Assembly (NCBI GenBank): GCA_020053615.1
Contig: JAGVMW010000025.1
Span: forward strand, 1 to 32,936
Source: an archaeon
Lineage (GTDB): Archaea; Nanobdellota; Nanobdellia; Woesearchaeales; GW2011-AR9
DNA length: 32,936 nucleotides
Direction: 5' to 3'
Shown here: one piece after another, positions 32,846 through 32,936 of the stretch
Position numbering within the stretch: position 1 is the stretch's first letter
Layout of the letters: every line of letters starts with the position of its first letter
Notes under the pieces: generated by a model
Told to the model about the DNA's origin: nothing
The model's database searches: none
What the model saw: only the letters and a program-made list of their open reading frames with translations
Position numbers and translations under genes: made by a program

Positions 32846-32936
32846 TTAAGTTAAGGTTTCTTTTTTGAGTTTATCTAATTTTTGCAAGTCCAGTAGTACT
32901 TTCTGAGCTGTTCCCAAATACCTAATATTCTTTGTA

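Noticed and set aside
1-32936. CRISPR arrays, tRNA or rRNA genes, integrase or transposase genes.
   Set aside because: There are no short regularly spaced direct repeats. The repeated elements are kilobases apart and individually self-complementary. There is no cloverleaf-like or rRNA-like GC-rich segment outside the elements. No ORF has recombinase or transposase motifs that I can recognise.

Overview
This is a low-GC, gene-dense segment that is almost certainly archaeal. It encodes diphthine synthase, archaeal-type Elp3, a TrmB-family regulator, an MCT-1-like PUA protein and DUF192. GGAGG/GGTGA ribosome-binding sites are common, and TAA, TAG and TGA are all used as stops. A DPANN-like or other uncultured lineage is my guess only. 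All domain calls come from motif recognition by eye, with no searches run. The flanks (1-2.1 kb and 23-33 kb) carry recognisable housekeeping and accessory genes: KilA-N, PUA, DUF192, TrmB, Elp3, a pilin-like protein plus a large secreted HExxH protein, diphthine synthase, a retropepsin-like/DUF5678-like pair, and a MepA-like LAS metallopeptidase. The central ~21 kb (2184-22982) is two convergent, tightly packed operons with no housekeeping genes. The + operon has three small N-terminally anchored proteins (two are paralogs), long helical proteins, a classical AAA ATPase, and a second P-loop protein with a C-terminal winged helix. The nine-gene - operon has a receptor-type Ser/Thr kinase, a second kinase-like protein, a PP2C phosphatase fused to a coiled coil, a TPR protein, two beta-rich repeat proteins, two proteins sharing an N-terminal module, and a Rossmann-like protein. 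I read this as a candidate undescribed membrane-associated phospho-signalling/ATPase system. A second signal is a family of ~130-160 bp end-to-end self-complementary elements (five copies) whose stems co-vary between copies. Four copies lie at or within 15 nt of a stop codon. One is inserted in frame (132 nt, 44 codons) inside elp3. I recognised no rRNA, tRNA or CRISPR array.
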